DNA from: Ginkgo biloba
Lineage: Eukaryota > Plantae > Ginkgophyta
Assembly (NCBI GenBank): GCA_024626585.2
Contig: JANKJI020000004.1
Span: 51,688,533-51,704,675 of the forward strand
Length of the DNA: 16,143 nt
Reading direction: 5' to 3'
Positions 1 to 11,200 of this stretch are shown piece by piece (position 1 is the stretch's first letter; every line of letters begins with the position of its first letter). Below the pieces are notes generated by a model. That model saw only the letters and a list, made by a program, of their open reading frames with translations, made no database searches and had not been told where the DNA came from. Both the position numbers and the translations under genes were made by a program.

Positions 1-713
1 TGCAAGGCTTGCCATTTAACAACAAACGTCGATTTGCCTCTTGGATAATATTTTTGTTTTTGTTCTAGTTTTAGATTAGATTTAATTCATTGGATTGGTT
101 ATTGCATTTACTTTTTTGAACTTCAATTCTGCCATTTATGTTTTGTTCTATGTTTCTATTATGCTTGGTGATTTTGGAACTAATAATGAAGATCCACTCC
201 CAAAAATTTCAATCATTGGTGATAGTTGAAAGTTCTAAATGGAAATCCTCACCATATATTGATGAGACCACAACAACGAATCGTGGATTTTCGATTCTAT
301 CTTGCGTGCACCTAACCGTGAGATTTGTAGTTCTATGTCAAAGTCACAGTTGTTATGACATGATAACATGGTCATCATTTGAACTGTTGGCACATCTTTG
401 TCATCATGAATCTCCACCATGTGTTAACTTGAGTAAATCTTTTCATAATGGCTATGATTTTCCATCATGATCTTGCTAGCTAAATACCTCATAATGATAA
501 TGAACCTTGCATATGTGATTTGTCCTCAGAGTCTCGTTGTGTGTTGTCTCTAGCACTTGTTCGTTTTTCGGCTCCCTTCTTGGTGATTATGATCCACATT
601 CTATATTCTATTAAACTCTTGCTTCACTCTTTGCATTTTGGCAAAGTATTATTGCTTCAACTCCTACTCTCTATGCACCGTCTGTCTATTTTGCTTTCTT
701 GTTGAATTCATCA

Positions 714-1213
714 TGACATTGTTCATGGTACTACCTATCGATGATTGTACTTGGGGTTACACCACAAGTGACAACATGCGATCCAACTTAGCATAGAAAT
801 TGATATAGAAGGCCTTTTGATTTATTCTTGTTTGAATATCTATGAAAATGATGATGAGAAAAAATGCATAGAATAGTTGACATTCGATCCAAATGATGCT
901 TGACGACAAGCTATGAAACAAGTTGGCTTTGTTTCCTGGGTTTCTTTTACATCGCTTCCTGTCGATGTTTCATTTGCGAAGAGAATGATTTGCATGTGTC
1001 CTAGTAGAATTAATCGACCTTTCCACCACTGTTGTCGCAAAGTTGATGCATTTTCCTAGCGGATATGTCTTTTAAGATGGTGTTGGCCAAAGCTACTAAA
1101 TCATTGTGTGGTTGAGTCGAAGTAACTACTTCTAGTAGTATGTTGGCCAAAGCTGCTAAATCGTGACATTGTTCATGGTACTACCTATCGATGATTGTAC
1201 TTGGGGTTACACC
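714..1213 (+). repeat. Perfect 50-bp direct repeat (714-763 and 1164-1213, offset 450)
   Basis: tgacattgttcatggtactacctatcgatgattgtacttggggttacacc occurs twice identically; the second copy ends at the gap starting at 1214. Confidence 0.95.
1081..1162 (+). repeat. 22-bp direct repeat, 60-bp spacing, 1 mismatch
   Basis: tgttggccaaagctActaaatc (1081-1102) versus tgttggccaaagctGctaaatc (1141-1162). Confidence 0.9.
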
Positions 1214-1689
1214 NNNNNNNNNNNNNNNNNNNNNNNNNNNNNNNNNNNNNNNNNNNNNNNNNNNNNNNNNNNNNNNNNNNNNNNNNNNNNNNNNNNNNNN
1301 NNNNNNNNNNNNNATTAGATTTGGTTGAATTCACTATTCCCATTCAGAGTAGGTCCTTGGTGCCAATTTATAATGTGTAAGTTGGTGCCACAATAATAAA
1401 ATATTTATTGTCCAATATATTATGTGACTTTATTTTTTTATTCTATTATTGATGTGTACTCTTGCCTTTAAAAATTTCTATATGGTATCATAGCCTAAAG
1501 ACCTAATTTTTGGTTTTAATTAGATCTAATGTCTCATGGTTTGGATTTGGTTCAATTTTCTATAATTACCTATTTACTATATATTTTTGGGTGGTTTTAT
1601 ATTGAGGGTTTGAATTTGAAGTCTATAATGGGGCATATTTATAGGATTTATTGGGATTGGAATTCCAAATCCTTGTGCCTTAGTTTGGT

Positions 1690-3190
1690 TGTAGTTGAAT
1701 TTTTTAAAGACCCAGTTTATCCCTAACCTGTAAGTTTATGAGCAATTTTTATGACCTAAGGAGGTTGTTTTATGCTTGTATTTTTGTATTCATAGGTGTT
1801 ATTTATGCAAAAGATAATTTTGTTACCGCTATGTCTCATATGTTAAAATTCTTATTTATGGTCTATAGTGCTATGAAAGTTTCTTTAAACCCTAGTTGTT
1901 TTAGAAGAATATTTTATGAAGATGATTGGGTGATTTTATGTAGACTTTTAAAGCCAAAGAAGATTTATTTTTCTACGAGGATGACATGCACACTACAAGG
2001 CTTATAGAAGGGCAATGCTTATAACTAGGTGGCATTCCTAGCTAATCAGGTAACTTCCCAATTATCTAGCATCTAATGTGCCTCCAAAGGTACTCATTTT
2101 TATGGGCCATCAATGTTGGTTGCTTTGGTTGTTTGACATTATTTGCACATTATGGGCAGTGTTTGAGGGGTTAACAAACATTATTGCATTGGCTGTCTTC
2201 CTTATCTACCTTCCATGCCATTCTCTTTATTGTAATGTCATGGCTCTTTAGTGTTGGCTACAAAAAACCTCTTGGATGATCAACTAGAAATGAAGGGTCC
2301 TTTCAGTAGGTGCCATTATTATCAATTGACCCCGTATTGATGTTATCTGCTCAGATCTTGCTTCTTTTGCTATTGCTCCTTCGTGTTTTGTGGATCCAAC
2401 ACCCTTTATTGTGGTTTTTCCTCATTCTATTGCCTTGATTCGTGCTTCAACTTGTTTGCCTCTAGCGATGACAAGATGGAAGAAATCGTGACTTTATGTG
2501 GCTGGTGGCTATGGAGTGTGTTGCCTTTTGCTCCACTTGCACCTCCCTAACCCAAAAAGAAGGCAATAATTTTTTTAGAGTTTGTCACAATTGTGGATGA
2601 ATTGGTCCTTGATTCTTATGATTTATTGCTTGAGGAAGGCATGTACTTGCATGATGCTAATGTTGATAATATTTCTTTATGGTGATTGAGCTATCTGAGG
2701 AAGGTCATTTGTCATATGGTGTTTGAATTGGAGAGTAAATGTTGACCAATTGTACAACCTGTTATGACTTTCTTAACTATGCCAAGGAGCATGCCCAAGC
2801 TACAACATCTAAATTGTCTTTTTCACAAATGCTTTATTCCTGAATGGGTATGGCATATTAGAGTTATTCTTGATGCATGTCCCACCTTTTCTCGACACTT
2901 CAAGAAGAAAATTTTGGAGGATCTATGCAATATTGTCAACGGCATAAGTGGCTAGATTATCCAAGCTAATCTTGTCTTGTACTAGGACCAAAATCTTTAT
3001 GGTGAACTAGGATGGAGTGAAATGAAGAAGGTTGAGCTCATAAAGTTGTTAGCATGACCCGAAGCATTATTTTGCATAGGAAACGTTGAAGTCCGTCATT
3101 ACGCAAAAGAAATTGATGAGTTGCAATCTGAGTTGGCAGAGCCCAATATTCAATATCGTACTCAACTCTAATGCTTGAAGACTCAATTGC
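1690..3190 (+). pseudogene. Degenerate transposon-associated accessory ORF (putative plant transposon protein / ATHILA ORF1-like)
   Basis: EFFKDPVYP / MSNFYD...VILCRLLKPKKIYFSTRMTCTLQGL*KGNAYN*VAFLANQVTSQLSSI*CASKGTHFYGPSMLVAL continues in frame past ORF 1738-2007. A coiled-coil-like tail EIDELQSELAE lies near 3110-3140. Boundaries are approximate. Confidence 0.45.
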
Positions 3191-5021
3191 ATCGGTTGGT
3201 TTAGATTCTTGGCCTTAATGGTTTTCTAATTCTTTGGGATGTGGATCCCCCTTTTGACAATGATTTCAAGCCTTCTTAGAGGTGATTTGTTGATTTAAAA
3301 ATTTTTAGGGGAAAGGAGAGCGTGGAATTTGTTTGGGTGTTGGATGTAGTGTGTTTGGATGGAGATGGATTGTAGCAACTTGCAACTAGTTTTATTGGAG
3401 ATTGCAATGCACACTTGATTTTGGGGCAATTGGATAGTAGCGGATTGCAGTATACAATTTGCCATTTTGGCAAATATATCTCAATAGATTGTAGTTGATT
3501 ACAATGGATCATAGCACATTTTCAAGTGAATATGCTTGGGCTTATATCTGCAAACGTTTGTATTGTTGTGAGTGTTAAACATTTTGGCATGATATTGAGA
3601 CTATGTAAATCATTAAACAAGGAAAATAAATGCAATAGTAAACTCTTGAAAGATTCAAGCCATAAATCAATGTTTATTCAATTGTACGCATCAAACATCA
3701 ATGAGCCAAACATATCTAAAAAACATGCACATGATCTGCAACAAGATCATCCCAATTGCAATTGAGTACATGCATTAATTATAGCAGAATGACATGTAAT
3801 TTTGGTAGCCCACAAACATACTAAAACACTGTCTTTATGGCAACTGAATAACCATCTTTATTGCAGTTGTAAACATCCTATAGTGTAGNNNNNNNNNNNN
3901 NNNNNNNNNNNNNNNNNNNNNNNNNNNNNNNNNNNNNNNNNNNNNNNNNNNNNNNNNNNNNNNNNNNNNNNNNNNNNNNNNNNNNNNNACACTTGTGAAC
4001 GTAGATGTGTTGAAAATGTCTCCTTGCTATGATTGGACCATCCTTGAGAGGGATGCCAACGTTCCAAGCATGCAAAGACATTGAGAGTGCTAGCGTTGCC
4101 TTGAAATTGTGCTTGGGACAATATTCCTTTTTCTTGTTTTACAGTGTTTGACTATAACTATTCATTTGTTAGGATGATTACTGGGAGTGGCGATTTAGTG
4201 ATGTACTTGTTAGCAGAAGACTGAAGGAAATCCTTCAAAGGGCAGAAATGATGATTGATAAGCCAAGGAGTAATCGTCTCTTTGTACCACTGTGAACTCT
4301 GCAACACCTGTTGTGTCAGCCTTTGTATGGTCAACACGGATCTGTCACTGTCTACAACTGATTCCTTTGTTGAAATCAGTCAACGTGGCTTTGAGGGAAA
4401 GGCGTGGCACTTTTTGTGAAGTCTTGCGACTTTTCGTGAATGTGCTGCACTTTTTCCTAATGCACTGCTGCGGGTTTTCCTCAAAGCCTACAATGTGTGA
4501 TGGAAGATTCTTCATATGTGCATGGTCTGCATGCGTTCCGTGATAGTGACTCAACAACACTTGTGAACATGCAAAACACTTCTATAGAATCTTGCAACAA
4601 GATGCTATACACTGAAGGATTTGCACATGTAACCAAAGAATCTAACTCACAAGAATGTAAGCAAGATCACAAGGAATAAGAGATTGGAAAAAGAGGAAGC
4701 TCTATCAAATTACAAGTCTGTCAAAATACAAATTCACAAAAGTGCATAGTGTGAGAATACATGTTTATGTCTTCTTTTATGAGAAAGCCATTTTACAAAC
4801 ATAGTAACATAGGCTAAAAAAGGAAACATGCCCTTGCACACTCCTACTAGCCCATGCATGCAACTAGAAAAAGCACAAGCAAAAGCAAAGCTTATGTTAT
4901 CATGCAAAGCATAATAGGCAAGTCTGAGAAATGAAACATGTTTGTGCACACCTTATGTCTACAATTGTCGAAGCAATCATGGATTGGTCTCCATGTAAGG
5001 ATCCATGATTGCCGAATATAA

Positions 5022-5082
5022 TGAGTAACTGGAGGGCAGGCTGTTATAGTATCAAAATATTGCAGTTTTTGAGTAACTGGAG
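5022..5082 (+). repeat. 13-bp direct repeat / small local duplication
   Basis: tgagtaactggag at 5022-5034 and 5070-5082, each followed shortly by tatcaaa. Confidence 0.75.
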
Positions 5083-5347
5083 ACTATCAAAGCCATGCTT
5101 AGTGACCCATGGAGCTTCTAAGGGAGAGTCTGTTCTCAGGGGCATTAAATGCTGCATGCTGATGACTGAAGTCAACCAAGTTGCTACTGTAGTTGATTTC
5201 TACATTATCCAAGTCTGGTACATACTACGACGTCCCAGTTTTAGACAGTATAATTTTGGCAAGTTGTCTTGGGCTGTAAGTATCACTGATCCACTCATTT
5301 TCAAGCATTCTTTATGGCTGTTGCACTTCTTTTCAGATCTAAATTTA

Positions 5348-5921
5348 NNNNNNNNNNNNNNNNNNNNNNNNNNNNNNNNNNNNNNNNNNNNNNNNNNNNN
5401 NNNNNNNNNNNNNNNNNNNNNNNNNNNNNNNNNNNNNNNNNNNNNNNNNNNNNNNNNNNNNNNNNNNNNNNNNNNNNNNNNNNNNNNNNNNNNNNNNNNN
5501 NNNNNNNNNNNNNNNNNNNNNNNNNNNNNNNNNNNNNNNNNNNNNNNNNNNNNNNNNNNNNNNNNNNNNNNNNNNNNNNNNNNNNNNNNNNNNNNNNNNN
5601 NNNNNNNNNNNNNNNNNNNNNNNNNNNNNNNNNNNNNNNNNNNNNNNNNNNNNNNNNNNNNNNNNNNNNNNNNNNNNNNNNNNNNNNNNNNNNNNNNNNN
5701 NNNNNNNNNNNNNNNNNNNNNNNNNNNNNNNNNNNNNNNNNNNNNNNNNNNNNNNNNNNNNNNNNNNNNNNNNNNNNNNNNNNNNNNNNNNNNNNNNNNN
5801 NNNNNNNNNNNNNNNNNNNNNNNNNNNNNNNNNNNNNNNNNNNNNNNNNNNNNNNNNNNNNNNNNNNNNNNNNNNNNNNNNNNNNNNNNNNNNNNNNNNN
5901 NNNNNNNNNNNNNNNNNNNNN
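5348..5921. other. Largest assembly gap (574 N). Other gaps: 1214-1313, 3889-3988, 6823-6857, 7078-7177, 9022-9121, 10166-10265, 12801-12900, 14748-14762
   Basis: Runs of N seen directly. Confidence 0.99.
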
Positions 5922-6857
5922 AGTGTTGTAAGGATAGCCATAATCTTGCACTTTTATCAATGTTGGGTGAAAGGGTGGAGTCTAGCAGAGCAGTCATAGC
6001 TACCAGGCGCCAACTATTGTCCAAGGATACAATTGGAGGTTTGGCTGCCAACATGATAAGCCTTAATGCTGTCTCCAAGGCCTACATTGGTGGTTGTCTC
6101 CTTTAGTCCCACTCCCTTTTGATTAGCAGCTTTATCAGTGTACCTATGTATGTTGATGATTTAGGACATTAATGCATAGACAGGTGGTTGTTGAGCCTTC
6201 TTACTTATGGGTGATAGGTAGGGGAGCTACTACACCTGATGGCTTGTAGTAGAACATTGTGTGGGTCCTTGACATGTATGACAATTTCCCAGTACCCACA
6301 CATTGTCCCTTCAAATCTACCATTCTCTATATCTTTCTTCGATGCCCTTCAACAAGAGATATCCCTTGTCTTTTAATTGGAGCATTTGATGGATTCAAAA
6401 TCAGAATCCCTTGTAGGATAGTTTTTCTGCTCGTCTCTTTGTTGTTGCAACTGCAAGTATCACAGTAAGGGACTAATCTCAGATGACGAAAAATGTAATG
6501 AGAATTAATTAATTGAGTATATGACAAGTGGATTCAATTCATTAGCTTTGTTTGTTAAACTTCTATAATCCCATTGAAGTCTATTATCACAACTGGCATC
6601 TTTGGCGATGTATTTTCCTACGTCTACTTAATACTTCCTATGGGAAGAACAACCCTTTTATGTGATGCTTTATTAATTAGTTATTGCAGGCAAGAGGTTT
6701 CTATATCTCTTATATGCAACTTCTCTGTGGCAAATATTACAATTACTTTTTGCTTAGTGGCACTCTTCTTGTTGCTAAGCTCAAGTTAGTGAACCATAAA
6801 TGTGCAAATTTCTTGGATGGTTNNNNNNNNNNNNNNNNNNNNNNNNNNNNNNNNNNN

Positions 6858-6899
6858 ACTGAGACGGGATTTTTTCCGGAAGTTGACAGCACGTGGAAA
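6858..6899 (+). CDS. CBSX: Internal exon (5' end hidden in the 35-N gap) of a chloroplastic CBS domain-containing protein, CBSX1/CBSX2-like
   Basis: Translates TETGFFPEVDSTWK, matching the inter-CBS linker motif FPEVDSTWK of plant CBSX1/2. It is immediately followed by a canonical donor GTGAGT at 6900-6905 (phase 0). Confidence 0.93.
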
Positions 6900-7177
6900 G
6901 TGAGTGAACATATATCATTCGATAGTTGAAATTTGGTGGTTTATATAAGCATTAGGAAGTTTTCCCAGACGTAAGTTTCATGGCAACATAAAGTTGTCAG
7001 ATGTAGGAGATGCAAGTCAAGGCTGTGATATTGAGAAAGTTTTGCATGAATTCATTCTGTTATGTAGATTCAATATANNNNNNNNNNNNNNNNNNNNNNN
7101 NNNNNNNNNNNNNNNNNNNNNNNNNNNNNNNNNNNNNNNNNNNNNNNNNNNNNNNNNNNNNNNNNNNNNNNNNNNNN

Positions 7178-8200
7178 TTATTTATTATTCTAAAATCCCA
7201 AATTATAACATATAATTTCTTATCCCAATCTTTCCTTCCAACATCATAAGTTTTTGTAAGCACATTACATGTAATTCTATTTGAAGGCTTAGTTAATCCA
7301 TCACATATTAGATAATAATGAGTTTAACATTTAGATCCTTTATTTCCCTCTTTAGGAAGTGTGTCCCTCTATTACTCACCAATTCTATAGGACAACCAAA
7401 TCTAACTAAAACACATTCATGTAATAACTTTTTAGTAGTTCTAGTAATATTATTTTTTGTGACCCTTATTTCAACCCACTTTGTTACATAATTGGTAGCT
7501 ACAAAAATGTATATGTGTTGAGTTTTTCTTATTTATAGTGTTATAGGATCCACAAAATCAATTCCACATTTTTCAAAAGGAAATTGTTCCTTCACATAAT
7601 TTAGAGACATAACACCTTTTATAGTAGGCTTCCCTACCCTTTAACATATATTACAACTCTTTGTCGAATAATATTCATCTCTACATACTGTAGGCCACCA
7701 TAATCCAGACAATGAAACCTTTATTTTTGTCAACTCACTTTAGTTATGACCTCCTTCTATGCCTTCATATACTTATCTTAAAATATCTAGGAATTACACA
7801 TCTTATGTGAACTTCATCCTTACCAACTTGTATAATTATCCTCCAATTAATGTGTGCCCTAATGCCTTTCTTTCCAACCCTTTTCTTTCTAACATAGATT
7901 GATCTCTTGGTGCTGTACCAGTTGTAAGAAATTTAATAATTTATTTGAATGGATTAGGGATAGTTTCAATCCTTAAGAAATGGACATCAATAAATTCATC
8001 ATTAATTTCATCCTCTTCTCCATTCTCTACTTTAATAAGTGATTAAGTCCTACATGATATTTTTCAAGTTTTAAGAATATCTTAAATTCATACTTCTCTA
8101 AGAGTATAATCCATCTTCTTAGTATTCCTTATTGTATTGGTTTATTAACAATATATTTTAGTTCTTTATGATCATTATCAAGTGTTCTGTACCTATTCAG
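7178..8200 (-). mobile_element. Degenerate Ty3/gypsy (non-chromovirus, Athila/Tat-like) pol fragment: RNaseH C-terminus plus integrase
   Basis: Minus-strand translation through stops gives, in order: DHKELKYIVNKP..GILRRWIILLEKYEF (RNaseH end); YEGIEGGH...GLWWPTVCRD...SCNIC*RVGKP (HHCC zinc finger); PFEKCGIDFVDPI, YIFVATNYVTKWVE, RFGCPIELVSNRGTHF, DWDKKL (rve core). RNaseH-then-integrase order indicates gypsy. Truncated by the gap at 7078-7177. Confidence 0.92.
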
Positions 8201-11200
8201 TTTCTTTGTACAGACAGGATGGGGAATGCATGCTTGAACTGTTCTGAGGAGAAATGTACCATAAGTAAATTATGCAATTGAAATATAAAATGTCATTCCC
8301 TCAATTCAAGAAGATATGATTGGAAACATGCCATAACATGAACTAGCACAGGCCCAGTCGGCTCACCCAGGGACCCCTTTCAAATTCTCCTCGTTAGTTG
8401 ACAAGAATTAGATAGAATTCAGATGCAATGACATTTAGACCCCATTGCATATTGGAGAGTATAAATATATAATAACAAACTCCCTTGTGCTCCAACCAAT
8501 TTTTCCTGAACACACACATATAGTACAGGGCTTCTTTTCATTGCTCTTTTTCTGATTGAATATCCTGTGATCCCATTTCTAATGATCAGTTGATTGTCAC
8601 ATGGTTAGCGTCTACAAGGGAATGATTGCTTAGCAGTCAACTTTAAGTTGAACAAGCGGTAATATGGTAGCTGCATGTGCCCATGGGACCCCCAGGTTTT
8701 TTACCAAGTACTAGTGCCCCTTATGTTTGGAGGAGCATGATTCTATGCTTTTTGTTTCTTTCATCACAGTTATCACATATTGTGTACCAAGACACAACCT
8801 AGGCCTTAAACAGAGTTGGGAGAAGAATTCCTAAAGTTAAGGGTTAAAAAGACTCTAAATTTAACCCAAATTAACACTAAAAGAAGGATAATAGTCAAGC
8901 GCCTAAGTTTCCTAGACCTATTGTGGGTAGCAGGTGTTCCACCCCTTCTTCTCTCTCTGGTAGTAGGTGTTCTAGTATTCTGCAGTTTTGACTACTTTCT
9001 GACAATTGTGATATTATCTTGNNNNNNNNNNNNNNNNNNNNNNNNNNNNNNNNNNNNNNNNNNNNNNNNNNNNNNNNNNNNNNNNNNNNNNNNNNNNNNN
9101 NNNNNNNNNNNNNNNNNNNNNTCTCCTAATCCCATGTGGGATAAAAAATAATAAAGTAATGTACAAACATAAAGTAGATGAAGTATATAAAAGTACATAA
9201 AGGTGTTCACTCTTATAATTTCACTCTTAGGTACACATCGTATTCATCAATTCTGTTCTAAATCTATAGAAAAGTAGTACATGCATGTATTGTAGAAATG
9301 AAATATAGAGTTACAACTCAGGAAATACGTAAAGGAATCACGACTCACTTGAAGGAAGTGAGTAAGTGTAGTTTCTAGAATACTCCAATACTGTAGGTCG
9401 TAAAAAATTAGGAGGCAAAAGTTCAACGTTTGGCTTGAAATAGAAATCTGGGTGCCCTATTAGTATTGGAACAGTTTGTCGGGACTCTAGAAAAGCAATG
9501 ACTTCTATATGAGGTTTGTTGGGCCTCCAAATATTGCAAAAGTTTGCACTAATGCATCCAATTAGGTTGCCCTCAACCAAGGAACATATCTAAGCAGGCA
9601 CACTATGAAAATAAGAGATGGAAGTTGTTGTAGAAGAAGATTCTCCGATTCCATTTATGTAGAAAGTAGACATTGCCTAGAAAATGCAACTTGCATGAAA
9701 GAGGTTTTTTAGCTAGAATGTAGAATTGTCTTTAATAGTGGCAACACATCTTTAGAGGAGAATAATAAGTGTCTTTTAAGGGCTTTCTAAGCTTGAACAA
9801 GCCCCCTTTAATAGCATGAGCAAGGCACAGTACTTCACATAAGGGCTTGGCGTATCCTTGGAGTTGCCTTTATACCTCAAGGAGCCCTTTGTGGCATCCA
9901 TTGGCTGAAATTACATTAAGAGGGGAGAAGCCCCTACCTAGAGAATCTCCCTAGGCCTTCTGCTCACACAATTCTCTCTCTTCATGACTTCATCTGGAGT
10001 GCTCATCAAAAAATTTAAAAAATACATGCACTATCCTCCAAAGACAACTTCGGTTTATTCTCACTTACTGAGATAAGATTCACATGACTTTCATGTTGAG
10101 ATCGTTGCTCTTAGTGATCCCAACTTCTTAGCAAGAAGTTGTTGACTCCCAAGTTGTTTCTTCTANNNNNNNNNNNNNNNNNNNNNNNNNNNNNNNNNNN
10201 NNNNNNNNNNNNNNNNNNNNNNNNNNNNNNNNNNNNNNNNNNNNNNNNNNNNNNNNNNNNNNNNNAGATTTTACCAACACCTATCTGTAAATGGCCTTAT
10301 AGAGTAAGCCAGAATACGAAGGAATGAGTCCAAAGGTAAATGGAGGAGGAGTTAGCAAAAGGATTTAGATGCCTGTCTAAATCACTATTCAAGGCTCCCA
10401 TACTACTATGAAAGAAAAAGGGTGGGTCTATGAGAATGTGTATCATACCCTAAAGGCCACTATAAAGGATAAGCACACCGTACATTGTATTAATGACTTA
10501 TTAGATGCAATGCACGGGTCCGTAATGTTCAGACACTAGAAGCATACTAGTAAATTAGAGTTCATAAAATAGATGTAGAAAAAACCGCTTCCACAACAAG
10601 GGACATGCATTTTGACTTCTTAGTGATGCCATTTGGCTTCACCAATGCTCTCAAACTTTCATAACATTGATGAATGATGCTTTTAGACCATACTTAGGAA
10701 TGTTTGTGGTGGTATCTTAAACAACATAATGCTTTTTAATAAAAATAAGGAGGAACAATAGTATTATACATACTGACAAATGAAAAAATCTATGCTAAAA
10801 TGTCAAAATGTGACTTCCTAAAGAATAGGATGGAATATCTAGGCCCTATCATATCCACGAAAGGAATAGCAGTAGTTCCTAAAATGATCAAAGTGGTAAA
10901 GAAATGGCCCACATCTGTAGATGTCCATGAAGTAGGAGTTTTGTAGTAATGGCTAGTTTTTGCCAAAGGTTTATACTTAGTTTCTCTAAAATAGTTGCTT
11001 CACTTACTTAACTATAAAGGAAATTTAAGCATTTCATACAGACAAAGGAATATGAAGCTCAAGTTTGAACTACTAAAGGAAGAATTGGCATCTAGGCTCT
11101 ATGGACATGGTTCACGATTCCAAGAATTTAAAACTAAAGTAATATACTAAGAAGGAAAAGAAAATGCAATAGTTGTTGCCTTAAGTATAATGCCTTGTAT

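Noticed and set aside
714-1213. CRISPR-like repeat-spacer arrangement, or RT plus repeat as a retron/DGR-type system
   Set aside because: Only two copies per repeat, irregular spacing, a eukaryotic context, and the RT is an ordinary dead gypsy RT 9 kb away.
5009-6106. Long ORFs of 198-365 aa on both strands
   Set aside because: Artefacts of reading through the 574-N gap; the flanking peptides have no recognisable motifs.
6684-6929. 81-aa ORF as a standalone gene
   Set aside because: Spans a gap; only 6858-6899 is clearly coding.
8214-8264. Possible cryptic/poison exon (ttctttgtaCAG ... GTAAAT)
   Set aside because: No CBSX similarity, the flanking exons already join perfectly, and such splice-like motifs are common by chance in T-rich DNA.
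8770-10165. Possible 5' LTR/gag of the chromovirus, including ORF 9338-9580 (-)
   Set aside because: No similarity to the 3' LTR start at 12659, and no PBS, gag zinc knuckle or protease motif recognised.
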